A stretch of DNA of 64,000 nt from a virus. The translations under genes were made by a program, and so were the position numbers. Where the stretch lies: IMG/VR virus record IMGVR_UViG_3300009553_000019, positions 1 to 64,000 of that record; one strand, written 5' to 3'. Shown here in pieces: positions 27,024 through 38,700 of the stretch. The notes under the pieces are model-generated. The model was not told the origin of the DNA. It was given only the letters and a program-made list of their open reading frames with translations, and did not search any database. Numbering within the stretch: position 1 is the first letter of the stretch; every line of letters starts with the position of its first letter.

Positions 27024-29464
27024 CTGATCATTTATCAGACTTAAGCAAGGCGATTCTGTTCTTTGCTCAGAGAACCGAAAAGCTGTATGCTGATTTGGGA
27101 TCCTTATCTGACTCTTACGGTGAAAAGGGTAATTCCTTAGTTGATGAGAACCTACCTGATGAGGTTAGAGAACAGCTTGAAACAGAGCATAAAGAGCTTC
27201 AAACAGTTTCAAAATTAGTTGGCAACGATACCTCTGCTAACTTATTAGCAGATATGAAACGAATTGAAATTCGTTTATACGAATTAGACTCTGCTTACCA
27301 ATTAGGGCTAGTTACTGATTCAGAACACCTGAAGACTTCAGAAGAGTTAAATCATGCCTATGATGATTTAAATGCAACATTAAAAGCCAGCTCCTTAACA
27401 GGAGTTTCAGCAGCAAAGAAGCTCTCATCTTTACCAAAGAAAGCTGGAGATTTAATAAGTGGGCAATTAGGGGGTGTACTAACTGGTACTGTTGGACTGA
27501 TAAGCAACCTCACATCCCATCTACCCGCAGCGGGACTATTCGGGTTGCTTTTGTATGGAATCCTAGAAAAAGATAGGCTAAACCAACAAGCAGGGGAAGT
27601 TGTAAACCTGCTATCAGCAACAGGTAGTGAATTAACAAATGCCTCGATTAACCACTTAGCATCTTTTCAAGAAAAAGCTAGTAAGTTTTACTCAATCTCA
27701 AAAGAGTCAGTTCAGGGTGTTGTAAAGGAACTAGTAGATGCTGGTATGTCTGTTGAACAGATTACCCGAGTTCAATGGAAAAACCTAGGGGAGGTGGGGG
27801 AGAATGTAGTAACTGCATCTTTAGCAGTAGATGCTTTCTTTGAACATAGTCAAGGGTTTACTAATTCAGCAGCAGTAGAGTTGATAGACCAGCATGGTAT
27901 TGCTTTAAATAACGCAGTTAACCAAATTGTAAAGATTGAATTTGCTGGAAAAAATGCAGGGGCAGGTGTTGAAGAATTTACTAAAGAAGCATTGGAAGCT
28001 TCTGCAGAATTGAAGAATTATGGTGTTGAAGCTGAATCAGTAGCATCCTTATTAATTGCAGTTCAGCAAAGTTATGAAAAGACTGGTTCAAGTGCCCAAT
28101 CTGCTATGAAGTGGGCTTTAGATGGAATGTCTGAGATAGCGGGTGGGTTCAAGAATTTATCAGTGGGTATAAACTCTAAATTAGCTCAGTCTATGGGTTA
28201 TGGATCTGGAATTGAGGGAACTTATGCCTTAAGGGATCGAATTGCAGTTGATGACCCCAACCAACTAAAAGAGCTGGTAGACCACCTATTCGATATCGTT
28301 AAAAGTACCGTTTCAGATACTGCAAACCCCATGCTATCTGATTCAACCAAGATGCGTCTGTATCTTGAGGGGTTAGGGTTTGGGCAACAAGGTTCAAAAG
28401 CTTTAGTTGAGGTAGCAGGAAAACTAGACAAACCACTAGCCGAAGTTTCCAAGGAGGAATGGTCTGGTATTCGACAGGCTTTTACCCAAGAAGGTACTAA
28501 AACCTCTGCCATCATGAAAGATACCGAGCAGATCTTAATTGGTATGAGAAATACTGGTCAAGGTTTGCTTGGTATGTTTACTAATTTTGCTGCTTATGCA
28601 ATTATGTCAATGAAAGCATTATTGCAGTTAGATTGGGCTGATGTTGCGGGCATATTTAACCTTCCCGGTAGCTCTCTACTTCCACATAACGATGAGTTGA
28701 AAAAGTCAGTCTCAACTGCATTAGATCAACAGTGGCATAGAGTAACTGATTCGATGGATCAAGTTAAGCACGGGTTTTCAATGTCTTGGGAGGGAATAAA
28801 AGACATTGCTCAACCAGTTCTTGAACCAGTAGCAGTTGCTAGAGATTTGAAGGTAAATCCAGTTTCTAGAGTTGGTGGGGATGGGGGACCAAAACGGATG
28901 GTAACTATGACAACCACCAAGCTTTCTATGAAGCAAGCTGTTAATGTTTTAGCTACGGCATGGCAAAATGTTTTTGGAGAACAGAATGATGAAGCAGTAG
29001 CTCTTCTTGCTTCTCAGTGGTCAGTAGAGACTGGAACTGGCTCTAAAATGTACAATTACAACTTTGCAGGGATAAAGGGGTACAGCTACCTGGGTACAGC
29101 GTTTTCATCAAAAACAAAAGAAGGGTATGACAAGACTGAAAAAGTGATTACTGATAAGTTTCGAGCTTATGAAACGGTGGAACAGGGAGCTGAAGATTAT
29201 GTTCGATTTCTAGCTTCTAAATACAAAGATGCTGTAAATGCTGCTGCCGAGCATAATGCTAACGAATTTGTACACCAACTAAAGGCTCATCATTATTTCA
29301 CAGGATCAGAAAAAGTGTATACAAAGTTGGTTAATTACTATTCTTCGATAGCTCTAAAAACAATTAAAGAAGTTCGAACTTCAATTTCTAGTGCTGTTGT
29401 AACTAACAATGTAAATGGAAGATCCGTAAAGTTGGTAGTGAATGTTCAAGAAGCAGGTCTTTAA
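27020..29464 (+). CDS. Tape-measure-like protein, paralogue 3, with C-terminal GH73 (FlgJ/glucosaminidase-like) peptidoglycan hydrolase
   Basis: Same shared motifs. C-terminal SQWSVETG.G..MYNYNFAGIKG, TKE, FRAYET.EQG..DY..FL, Y.T...Y. Confidence 0.8.
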   Translation: MTDHLSDLSKAILFFAQRTEKLYADLGSLSDSYGEKGNSLVDENLPDEVREQLETEHKELQTVSKLVGNDTSANLLADMKRIEIRLYELDSAYQLGLVTDSEHLKTSEELNHAYDDLNATLKASSLTGVSAAKKLSSLPKKAGDLISGQLGGVLTGTVGLISNLTSHLPAAGLFGLLLYGILEKDRLNQQAGEVVNLLSATGSELTNASINHLASFQEKASKFYSISKESVQGVVKELVDAGMSVEQITRVQWKNLGEVGENVVTASLAVDAFFEHSQGFTNSAAVELIDQHGIALNNAVNQIVKIEFAGKNAGAGVEEFTKEALEASAELKNYGVEAESVASLLIAVQQSYEKTGSSAQSAMKWALDGMSEIAGGFKNLSVGINSKLAQSMGYGSGIEGTYALRDRIAVDDPNQLKELVDHLFDIVKSTVSDTANPMLSDSTKMRLYLEGLGFGQQGSKALVEVAGKLDKPLAEVSKEEWSGIRQAFTQEGTKTSAIMKDTEQILIGMRNTGQGLLGMFTNFAAYAIMSMKALLQLDWADVAGIFNLPGSSLLPHNDELKKSVSTALDQQWHRVTDSMDQVKHGFSMSWEGIKDIAQPVLEPVAVARDLKVNPVSRVGGDGGPKRMVTMTTTKLSMKQAVNVLATAWQNVFGEQNDEAVALLASQWSVETGTGSKMYNYNFAGIKGYSYLGTAFSSKTKEGYDKTEKVITDKFRAYETVEQGAEDYVRFLASKYKDAVNAAAEHNANEFVHQLKAHHYFTGSEKVYTKLVNYYSSIALKTIKEVRTSISSAVVTNNVNGRSVKLVVNVQEAGL

Positions 29465-31992
29465 TGCCTAGATTAACGCGAGGGGAAAATCAAGGATATG
29501 TTAGAAACTTGTTCCCTGCTTACCGGGTGTATGTTGGAGGTGAGAACGTTACAGAATTAGTAACGTCGGTCAGGACTCAATGGCCGGATGGTAGTCCTTC
29601 AGAAGCAACCATTGAGTTGGTCAACCCCAACAAATTGTTAACCATCACTAGATCAGACATAATCACAATAGGTAATGCTAGATTTGATCTGATAAACCAA
29701 ACTACTGATCAGGGTATTGTAGATAGAACTAATCAAATTCTGTTTACCGACGAGGATGCCGATTTACGCGAAATTATTGAAGCTAATAATGAGATTGAAG
29801 CTAACCGTCGAAATGTTTCTGTAGGTGATTTTACGGAATCGGTAGATAAGCTAGTTTCAGATCGATTTAAAGACGCTAGTCGACGAATTGGAATTGAGGA
29901 TGTGATTGCTTCTACTCCACTGTCAGCTAAGGTAGCAGGGCTAAAATCTCGTATGGTTCAAAAGAAGCAAGATTTGAAATTCATACAGGGGACTACCAGC
30001 TTTGATGGATCCGCAGCTACTTCAGAACCATTTTTTAAGTGGCCTTTCTATGAGGGTTTATGGATTTTCCACCATCAAGATCCAGTTAGAGTTGCTTTTC
30101 GAGATCCTTACGACCCCTCCATTTGGTACTGGATGCATGCAGGTACCATTACCGATATTAATGAACGTGAAACTGATAATCTTCAATCAACGGTTACCAT
30201 TAATTCAGAAGGCGTTTTAAAAGACCTTAGATATGCTAGAATTGCAAATGTCACTACTGCTCTGTTGACCCCTGATCAAATTACATCGATCAAGGATCAA
30301 CAGACAGGATTTTCAGGTGAGCAACTGTCAAAATTGCAGGCTACTGTATTTTCTAATTTCTTACAGAATAGCACTCTAGACCAGGTTGTGGAGTTAGTCG
30401 TTTTTGGCTCTACTTCAGTAGCAGATCAGTTAAAACAAAGTATTAACGCAATTACCAATGGTACCGTAGCTCCAGAAGTAGCTTTGGTAAGGTTTGGTTT
30501 TAACCCATCCCTACTCAGCAAAGATACAAGCACAGGGACTTCTGGAAATCCCACCACAACAGCTAGTAACACTACTGCAACTTCTGGAAATATCAGTCAG
30601 TTGATTCAATCAGCTCAAATTTCTGAAGAACAGTTTAGAGGAATGAATATTGATGCAATCTCTAACTTCAAGAGATTTTCAAATCAGCAGGGACTTGATG
30701 TTAGGATCATAGGTGGACCAGTTGGTCCCGTTGATGAGTTGATCGGGGCACCAATTGACGGGCTATTCGATTGGCAGAGCCTGCTTGATCATCAGGTAAG
30801 ACTGTCTGACATCCAGACGATGGCTTTTCCTGAAAATACTAACAGAAGAGGAGCTACTTCTGACGTAGCCTTTGGTTCACAACCTTCTAATCCTAATTCC
30901 TCATCAAACTCCACCATTGGTATAACGACTTCTAGCATTGAAGACACCATTGATCAAATTGGTGAAGATATTCAGACCTATCCTATACGCCAGCGGGTTA
31001 AGATGTTGTTACCAGCAAATCTTGGCCCTTCTTTAGGTAGAGAGGTTCTAGATAGAGACTTCGCTGCTTCACCTGCAATGCAGGCAGAGTATTATGATCG
31101 ACTTTCTTTACTTCAGCAGATTGTGGAAAGAATTGAGTTTTCACTCTACGACACTCCAAGAGGCGATATAGTCATAGAGCATCCCCTGTACGACTTTGAA
31201 CCTCGTCATTTTTCTGGTGGAGGAGGGACGAATGCTTTTAACCAATCTGCAGACTCTTTTGACTTAACCGACCAACAAATGGCTGAATTACTTGGTGTGG
31301 AGGATTTACCAACTCCTTCAGCTGCCACTATCCAACAAGATAACATTGGAAATAAATATCAGAACAATTACGTAGTTGGTTCTTTTGAAACCATCAGTGT
31401 AGATATTGGTAGCTCTGAAGAGAATGTAAAAACAGTAATGGTCTGTACGCCAAGACTCTTACCATCAATCTCTGGTGATAACAGTAGACGAGACAACAGA
31501 CAGGTTCTTGTTTCTTTACCTAACTTAGTACCGCTGTATGGTTTTAGACTTGAGCAAGGTGATGTTCTTGGTTCTATAACTACAGTAGAAGCTGCTAGGC
31601 TGTGGGGCCATGTCATGCTAAATCGAATGAATGCTGATATGGTTAGTATGCGAGTTCCAGCTTTACCTAATTGGTGTTCTTGGCCAAATAGGCCACACTA
31701 CATACAGACTAGAAATGTGATGGCGGTAACTAAATCAGTATGTCATACTATAGCATGGCAATCAGACTGTAGCACAGAATATGGTGTAAACCACTGTAAA
31801 TTTTGGGATGGCAGGACTCAAAAATCAGATGTCCTAACTGGTAGCGTAATTTCAAAGCCATTGGTTCCAAGATTCGTCCCATTTGGTGGGGTTAATGCTA
31901 GACCATTCAACTATTCAGACATACTTCGTGTAGAATTTGATCAAAGAGGTCAACCTACACCGTACAATGCTGCAAATAAGGCTCCACAATGA
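29464..31992 (+). CDS. Baseplate hub protein (gp27/VgrG-N-like)
   Basis: YRVYVGG..V, ATIEL.NP, M.AG.IT, EFSLYDTPRGDIVIEHPLYDF, V.KSV.H.I. Confidence 0.65.
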   Translation: MPRLTRGENQGYVRNLFPAYRVYVGGENVTELVTSVRTQWPDGSPSEATIELVNPNKLLTITRSDIITIGNARFDLINQTTDQGIVDRTNQILFTDEDADLREIIEANNEIEANRRNVSVGDFTESVDKLVSDRFKDASRRIGIEDVIASTPLSAKVAGLKSRMVQKKQDLKFIQGTTSFDGSAATSEPFFKWPFYEGLWIFHHQDPVRVAFRDPYDPSIWYWMHAGTITDINERETDNLQSTVTINSEGVLKDLRYARIANVTTALLTPDQITSIKDQQTGFSGEQLSKLQATVFSNFLQNSTLDQVVELVVFGSTSVADQLKQSINAITNGTVAPEVALVRFGFNPSLLSKDTSTGTSGNPTTTASNTTATSGNISQLIQSAQISEEQFRGMNIDAISNFKRFSNQQGLDVRIIGGPVGPVDELIGAPIDGLFDWQSLLDHQVRLSDIQTMAFPENTNRRGATSDVAFGSQPSNPNSSSNSTIGITTSSIEDTIDQIGEDIQTYPIRQRVKMLLPANLGPSLGREVLDRDFAASPAMQAEYYDRLSLLQQIVERIEFSLYDTPRGDIVIEHPLYDFEPRHFSGGGGTNAFNQSADSFDLTDQQMAELLGVEDLPTPSAATIQQDNIGNKYQNNYVVGSFETISVDIGSSEENVKTVMVCTPRLLPSISGDNSRRDNRQVLVSLPNLVPLYGFRLEQGDVLGSITTVEAARLWGHVMLNRMNADMVSMRVPALPNWCSWPNRPHYIQTRNVMAVTKSVCHTIAWQSDCSTEYGVNHCKFWDGRTQKSDVLTGSVISKPLVPRFVPFGGVNARPFNYSDILRVEFDQRGQPTPYNAANKAPQ

Positions 31993-33332
31993 GCGGTAGA
32001 CCAATTATCCCCACTGATAGAAAGAATGGGCCATTATCAGCTACAAGACCTGCTGATTTTTTTACTACGATGCACAGAGCTATCGTAGTATCGGTTGATG
32101 CTGAAAAAGGGAAACTTACAGCACAGTTTGAAGATACCGCTGGTCAAAGAGACAACATCAATGTCCCATTCGGGTTTATCAGTTCACCAATAAATAATCG
32201 AAGAAAGTCTGCCTGGAGTAGGTATATACCACAAGAGGGTGATATTGTAGTTTTAGGTTTTGATACAAACCACACACCTAGAATCATAAGTTACAGCCTG
32301 ATTTCTTATGAATTACTTTCGGTGTTAAATAGCGAAACTGGTTATCAGTTTAGTACTCTACAGCCAGGTGAGTGGGATCAAAGATCTAGTGGTGGTGCAT
32401 ATTTTAGAGGTGATAGGACAGGACTACTATTCCTATCAGGTGGCTTAACGAGTATCTCATTAGACAAGAAACGATTTGAAATACGATCTTCAGCGGGACT
32501 TGAAAAGTTTTCAGCAAATCAATCAGTATGGAGACGAGGTCAGGTTAAACGGTCTTTGGTACCTTTTACCCCCGAGACTGTCATTAAGTTTCCAGCTGGT
32601 GGTGCACCTGCTACCCCAGCTAATGCAGTACAGATGGATTTGTACGAAAGTACCGTAGATCTTCGGTCTCCTGTTCCGGGAACTCCCTTAGGGTTCCCAA
32701 TGGCCTTCAGCTCGTTGGGAAATGTAGTAAATCCGGAGCTGTCTACAGCAGCAGGAGATGCTTATGGCGTTGGTCCCGTAGCTATAAAAAGATTTCCTGC
32801 TACTGTGGCAGCTGGAGCACCAGCAACCGCTACAGCTAGGTTTTTTGCTAGGATCTATGCTTCTGATCCAGTATCTCAACTTCCAGCCCCACCCACTCCA
32901 CCAGTCCCTGGAACTCTACCATTTGAAATTGGTATTGACCAACTGGGAAATGTTTTCATAAACAATTTAGGTGTAGGTGCTTTGGGTGGGGTAAGGTGGT
33001 TTACTTCTGGAACTCTTTTTGAGTTAGCAGGTGCAGTAGCAATACAACTATCCTCCCCAATCATTCGACTAGGTGGTCCATTAGCTACCGTACCAGCAGT
33101 AAAAGGAACTGAATTTGCAACTGCATTTACTGCTTACTTTACAGCAGTAGCATCTGCAAGTTCTACTTTAGCCGGAGGTAGTGGTTCACCACAATCTGTC
33201 ATTACCTATGGAACAGCCATGGCAGCTGCAGCTACTGCCATGGCTGCTACAATAGCTGGTATGCTAGCTCCACACATCTTAATGACTGAAGCTCCAATTC
33301 CTAGCCTTCTACCTAACATATTGACAGGTTAA
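31989..33332 (+). CDS. Baseplate spike protein (gpV/gp5-like OB-fold N-terminus)
   Basis: A.VVSVD, YIPQEGD.VV.GF, LQPGE...RSSGGA, C-terminal IRLGG..AT.PAVKG. Confidence 0.65.
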   Translation: MSGRPIIPTDRKNGPLSATRPADFFTTMHRAIVVSVDAEKGKLTAQFEDTAGQRDNINVPFGFISSPINNRRKSAWSRYIPQEGDIVVLGFDTNHTPRIISYSLISYELLSVLNSETGYQFSTLQPGEWDQRSSGGAYFRGDRTGLLFLSGGLTSISLDKKRFEIRSSAGLEKFSANQSVWRRGQVKRSLVPFTPETVIKFPAGGAPATPANAVQMDLYESTVDLRSPVPGTPLGFPMAFSSLGNVVNPELSTAAGDAYGVGPVAIKRFPATVAAGAPATATARFFARIYASDPVSQLPAPPTPPVPGTLPFEIGIDQLGNVFINNLGVGALGGVRWFTSGTLFELAGAVAIQLSSPIIRLGGPLATVPAVKGTEFATAFTAYFTAVASASSTLAGGSGSPQSVITYGTAMAAAATAMAATIAGMLAPHILMTEAPIPSLLPNILTG

Positions 33333-33345
33333 AAGGAAATCTAAA

Positions 33346-33861
33346 ATGGCTTGTACCGACCTAAGCACATTCGAACGCTGCCTAGTTAACACACTCTTGA
33401 ATTTAGGAGCCTACGGTTTAGAAGCTCTACAATCATTTATCAGAACTGAGCTGATACTAATTGATGCAGAACTTGCAGCTTTGTTGATGCAATTGCTTCA
33501 ATATGATCTACTAGGGCAATTAGCGAAAAAATATGGTGATATTGCTAATGCTGAATTTAATTCGCTGATATCAGTTTTAAACGGACTACCTCTAGGGTTG
33601 CTTGATAAGGAATGTCTTGGATGGGCAAACCTCTCAAATGGGATTAACGGGTTTTTACAAAACGAGATTCAGCCACCATTTCAGCAAATCATTTATGAGG
33701 TTGAGAGGTATGCTAGTTTCCAATCGGAGTTGGCTGCATTACAATCTGATTTTGAACAGCTGAAAGAGCTTTTAACAGGAACCTTAGATTTACTAGATAC
33801 CTTGATCCTTGAAGCAAAGTGTAGAGCTACTGCCGAAGGACAGAATGTAGTAGCAGCATAA
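33346..33861 (+). CDS. Hypothetical acidic helical protein in the baseplate cluster
   Basis: 171-aa ORF, RBS AAGGA. Confidence 0.55.
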   Translation: MACTDLSTFERCLVNTLLNLGAYGLEALQSFIRTELILIDAELAALLMQLLQYDLLGQLAKKYGDIANAEFNSLISVLNGLPLGLLDKECLGWANLSNGINGFLQNEIQPPFQQIIYEVERYASFQSELAALQSDFEQLKELLTGTLDLLDTLILEAKCRATAEGQNVVAA

Positions 33862-33912
33862 GCTTGAGAACATCGTTGAAAATCACGATAAACTACTAGT
33901 GAAATCTATAGC

Positions 33913-34338
33913 ATGTCTTCGACTTTTCTTGTTCAAAATAATGACGCTGTATATGATGTCTCTGGTAGACCAAAAACTATTGTAGATCACGCAAAAGTTC
34001 GTCAAGACATTGCCGAGATGCTATCTATCGAAACTCAACCATCCGGGTTTGGTTCTGGAATTATCTCACTGCTTGGAAAAGTTGATGGAGCACTCTCGGA
34101 TGGAGTAAACAGTAACATTGATTTTTCAATACGAGATAAGATTGAATCTGCTACTACTCGATTTATTGGACTACAGAGAAAGAATCTGAAAAACCGACCA
34201 TTTACAGAACAGATTTCCGGTCTAGACTTTTTTGATGTTCGTCAAAGCTCAACAGATCCCACACTGTATATCTGGAAAGCTGCTTTTAGTACCGTTGACG
34301 GAAACTTTATCAATAGAAGTGGTAGCTTTAATTTATGA
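33913..34338 (+). CDS. Baseplate wedge/sheath initiator (gp25/W-like)
   Basis: 141 aa, K..QD...L, FGS....LLG, DP..Y; precedes the J-like gene. Confidence 0.6.
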   Translation: MSSTFLVQNNDAVYDVSGRPKTIVDHAKVRQDIAEMLSIETQPSGFGSGIISLLGKVDGALSDGVNSNIDFSIRDKIESATTRFIGLQRKNLKNRPFTEQISGLDFFDVRQSSTDPTLYIWKAAFSTVDGNFINRSGSFNL

Positions 34339-35768
34339 GCGTACCTAAGCTTAATGCAGCTGCATTTGAAGGCCAGCTTAAAACTGGAATAAATGCTAGA
34401 GATACATCTGCTGACACTGATATAGGCCCCATTAGAGACTGGGTAATATCACCAGTTGCTAGGGTTTTTGAAGGGCAGAATGAGAGAATCAGGCAACTAT
34501 ACCAACTTCTGGCTCTTCAACGCCCTAATGAACTGGATCCAGCAGATGTTGATGCTTTCGTTTTTAATGAACAGGTTATCCGTAGTCCAGGTAGTCCAGG
34601 ATTTGTAGATTTAATCTTTTACCGTAAAACTACACCAACTGCTAATTTACCGATACCTGCTAATTTTCCAGTAGCTACGGATCCAGACCCTACCACTGGT
34701 GCCCAGGTAGTTTATGTGACTTTGCAATCTCAACAGTTGTTGGTTGCTACGGCTGGTGCTTACTTTAATGGCATAACTGGCAGATATGAGCTAAGAATTC
34801 CAGCTAAATCATTAATTATCGGAGATTCTGCTGGGGTCAGTAAGAACCGATTAGTTAGGCCACTTCGACCACTTCCTGGATTTGATGGAGTAGTAAACGA
34901 TCAAGATTCTAGAAGTAGCAACCCGGCTGAGACAAATGTTGATGTTGCTGATAGATACTTCCTTAGAATCAGAGGTACAGAAATTGGTACACCAGCTGGT
35001 TTATCCAGGTATGTACTCCAAACATTTGGAACGGTGGAGGATATCGAGATAATTTTTGGTAACGATTCTGCTTTGACAAGAGCAGACATTGATGCTGGAG
35101 CAGTAGATGCCTACATAGTTGGAGAGGCTCCTTTATCTATTACCCAGACGTTGCCATTTCCCGGTAAGCTGAATTTGATGGTGTTGGGAAACCAACCATT
35201 AGTGAACGTGATTTCAGTATCATCTGGTCCTTCCTTCACTGAAGGTGTAGATTTCGATGTCGTATATGATTCTGGTATCTACTCAGGTAGTACTAAAGGA
35301 AAAGATGGAATTCGGTTTAGAGCTACAGGTGGATCCCCTAACATAGGTGATCCTGTAAATATTACGTACACATATGATACACTAACAGTAGCTTTGCAAT
35401 CGTTTTTCAATACGGTAGAGTTTGATGAAACTGGCAGAGACCTACTCTTTCGAAGAGGGGTCAAGGTTCAAGTTGCACTTCAAGGCAACTTGAAGGTAAA
35501 AGCTGGTGACCCCAACACTGTCTTATCAGTTGTTAATCAAACAATTTTGGACTTCTTCAATGGCAGCACAGTACAAAAAGGGCTGAAACTTGGAGATGCA
35601 GTTGAAATCTTTGATATTGATGCTCAGCTATCTAGAATTCCAGGTGTTGATAACTTTGTATACACACTGCTAGCAAGAGTCGGTAGTACTGGAGTTGCAG
35701 ATATCCCAATCGCTAGGTTGGAATATGCTCGCCTAGATCCAGCAAATCTTAGTGTTTCTTTAGTTTAA
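34335..35768 (+). CDS. Baseplate J-like wedge protein
   Basis: GPIRD..I.P, V.N.......AET......R, GT..G, GAVDAYI.G, IPGVD. Confidence 0.8.
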   Translation: MSVPKLNAAAFEGQLKTGINARDTSADTDIGPIRDWVISPVARVFEGQNERIRQLYQLLALQRPNELDPADVDAFVFNEQVIRSPGSPGFVDLIFYRKTTPTANLPIPANFPVATDPDPTTGAQVVYVTLQSQQLLVATAGAYFNGITGRYELRIPAKSLIIGDSAGVSKNRLVRPLRPLPGFDGVVNDQDSRSSNPAETNVDVADRYFLRIRGTEIGTPAGLSRYVLQTFGTVEDIEIIFGNDSALTRADIDAGAVDAYIVGEAPLSITQTLPFPGKLNLMVLGNQPLVNVISVSSGPSFTEGVDFDVVYDSGIYSGSTKGKDGIRFRATGGSPNIGDPVNITYTYDTLTVALQSFFNTVEFDETGRDLLFRRGVKVQVALQGNLKVKAGDPNTVLSVVNQTILDFFNGSTVQKGLKLGDAVEIFDIDAQLSRIPGVDNFVYTLLARVGSTGVADIPIARLEYARLDPANLSVSLV

Positions 35769-35785
35769 GCTGTCGAGGAGTAGTT

Positions 35786-38700
35786 ATGAGTTCTGCAATC
35801 ATCCTAATTCAGCAGAGTGGAGCCCCTGCTGGAGTAGCAGGGAAAAGTCGTGATGACCTAGCTCTGTATTCTGGCGCCAACCCAATCCAAATTTCCTCGA
35901 CTGATGGAACTGCAGGAACTGTTGCATGGGCGTTAATTGATAAACCCCCATCATCGACTGCAGCTATTGCTAATCCATCAATAGCATCTACTACATTTAA
36001 TCCAGACGTACCTGGGTCATACTTTATCCAGCTGACTGTAGATGGAGGTGGAAGTCCAGGTCAGATCCAAAGGTTGGTAGCTGCAGTACAAATCGCCTTA
36101 CCAGTCTGGGTTACAGGAACTTTGGATGCACCAAAGCTCAGAATTCCAGCAAAAGGTGAAACGATAGAGTTTAACGTCCAGTCATCTCCAGCTAGCGGGG
36201 CAAATACTAGAGGCTGGGCTCAAGAGATGGACGAGTGGTTTAGATCCATCTCTCAGTATGCTTTTGGTGTTGCTATTCAGTCAGCATCAACTCCTGTTAC
36301 TGGAACTGGTTATTCCACCTTTTTCACTCTCAACTTTGGATCTGGTTTTACAATAGTAGATGGTGGAAATGGTGTTCTTAACATCTCTACCTCAGGTGGT
36401 GGCGGAGGTGGTGGTGCACTAAGTCCTGCTAACTACACTGTAGCTCTTCCCGGTGGTCCGTTTTCAGTTTTAGATGTTGAAGCATCCTTCTTTGCTCCTT
36501 CTGGTTCTAACATCTACAACTCTGCTGGAAATGCTAATTTTGAAGCATCAGGATCAAATGCTCAATTAGTCGTCCATGCAGGTCATCATCAGAAACTCTT
36601 CCATAACCCAGGGATTCTCCCTGACCCAAATACTACGTTGGGTTATGCAGCTACTATCAACACAGGTTCAAACCCCCACACAGTAACATTTACAGACCTT
36701 GCTGGAACCCAGATTGCAACCTCTGATGGAAGGGTAATCAATCCTGGAGTACTTGGAGCTGGTCCGCAGATCAACATTGGGGCACCAGCTTCACCTCGAT
36801 TGATTGATTGGACGATTAACCCAACTTCTCTTCAACCAGAAGCAACTCAAATAATTGCAGTTGCAGCATCGGTTAATGTAGAAGGATTGATTGTAGATGT
36901 TTCACCAGGCCATCCAACTGGAGCACAAAATCTAGCATATAGTGCTAGTGGGTGGAGATGGAGTAATGGTCAAACTACTCCACCCCTAGCTGCTCCAGGA
37001 ATTTTAAGACTCTTCCACTCAAATGGGGTGGATTATGTTGATGTCTATCAACGAGTTGCAACCCCCTCAACTGGAACTGACAGCTGGACAATTTCAGCTC
37101 CAAGCCCAACTCTTCAAAGGGTTGGTAGAGCATTGTATTGGGTAAATGGATCCACATCAGAATGGGGGTTTTTACTCAATAGCGAGAGAAGATTTATTGA
37201 TGCTAGACAAACTGGATTTTTAGGTGATATTGAGCTCCAACCTGTTGCCTTAGCCAGGATTGATCAGCTTGGCGCTGACTTACAGTTTCAAGCTGGTGTT
37301 GTTTTTGACCACCGGAGAACGGTAGCTGTTAGCAGCCTAGCTGACATGTATTATGATTCGTTTGGTTTAGTTGGAACTGGATCATCAGTACCAAACGATG
37401 CTGTATCGATTGAGGGTGGTTCTTGCTGGATTTCTGGGAGACGCTATACGCTCAAAGGATCATTAGCAATTAACACAATCAGCGGAATTGGTTCTGCTGG
37501 AAAGAAGATTATTTGGGCTGAAGTTGGGGCTGATGGCAAATCAATCTCTCTTAAGGCTGCAGCAGCAACCGATCCGATCAATGGCTTACAAACTGCACTT
37601 TTGAATGGGTTTGATACACAGCCTCCGTTTGCAAAAGATTCCGCTGGTGGGACTCCCAGAAAACGTTGCCCTCTGTGGTATGGCAACTACGACGGTACAA
37701 ACCTATTGGGAGCTGGCAGAGTTGACTTGCGAAGAGATGTGGCGTACTTTGGAAGCTGGTCTGTAGGTACTCGATCTTTTTACGCTTACACGTCTTTGGA
37801 TGGCTCACCCACTCAGCAACCTTTAAGCAGAACAGCAGTACCAACCCCTGCTGGTGGACTGGGGACCGAATTTGAGAGTATAGCTGCCGCTTTAGCTTGG
37901 CATGCAGTTTTGACAGCTGGTTCTTTAGCAGGGACTGTTAACAACCTGCTAGACTCTGGTGGTAGAGGAGAAAACTACCCTTGCTGCTTGAATATCATCA
38001 AGGATACCTTTGAGACCTATCCTTTCACAATCTGGAATAACATAGAGATTCGTGGAGGTGGTAGACCTAATGTCCGATTGATGGCTAGGGCAACCGCTTT
38101 TGGGACCTCTGAACCAGGCTATTTTTGGATTGGTTCAGATTCTTTAGTTTACGGATCAGGTGGTGGTAATCAACTGGTTTACAATGTAAAGATCACTGGT
38201 TGTAATTGGGTGGTTGATAACCCAGTTGGTGATGGCGCATCTAATGCTGAGTGCATTAGAGTGAATGCGCCTTACTGGCTTGACTCTGCTTTCCCGACCA
38301 TCGCACCTCAAGCAAGCTGTCAACATGTGACAATTGATGACAATCGGTTTTTTGCTAGAGTATCAGCTCCAACTACTTCATTCGCAGGAATACGATTTTA
38401 TGCGGAAGCTGGTCCTGGGGGACCTGGAACTCATGCAGGAACTTACCACATCATCTCAATTCGAAAGAATAACCTTGGACTGAGTTATGGTACGACGGGT
38501 AGTTCAAACACGACTCTGGGAGTAGGTATTGGTGGTATATTTACAGCACCAATTAATGGCGAGCTTAGCCAACAAATAGAGATCCTAGATAACACCATTC
38601 GGGCAGGTCAGTTCGGTATTCGATTGGGTGAAGGAAATTGGGGAGTTGATAGAACTATCATTAGGGACAATTTTATAGGTGTAACCCAATCAACTGGAAC

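Noticed and set aside
16088-35768. Bacterial extracellular contractile injection system or T6SS rather than phage
   Set aside because: Neck genes, a frameshifted chaperone, tRNAs, ligase, nucleases and dense small early ORFs indicate a phage genome. No T6SS membrane complex or eCIS ATPase is seen.
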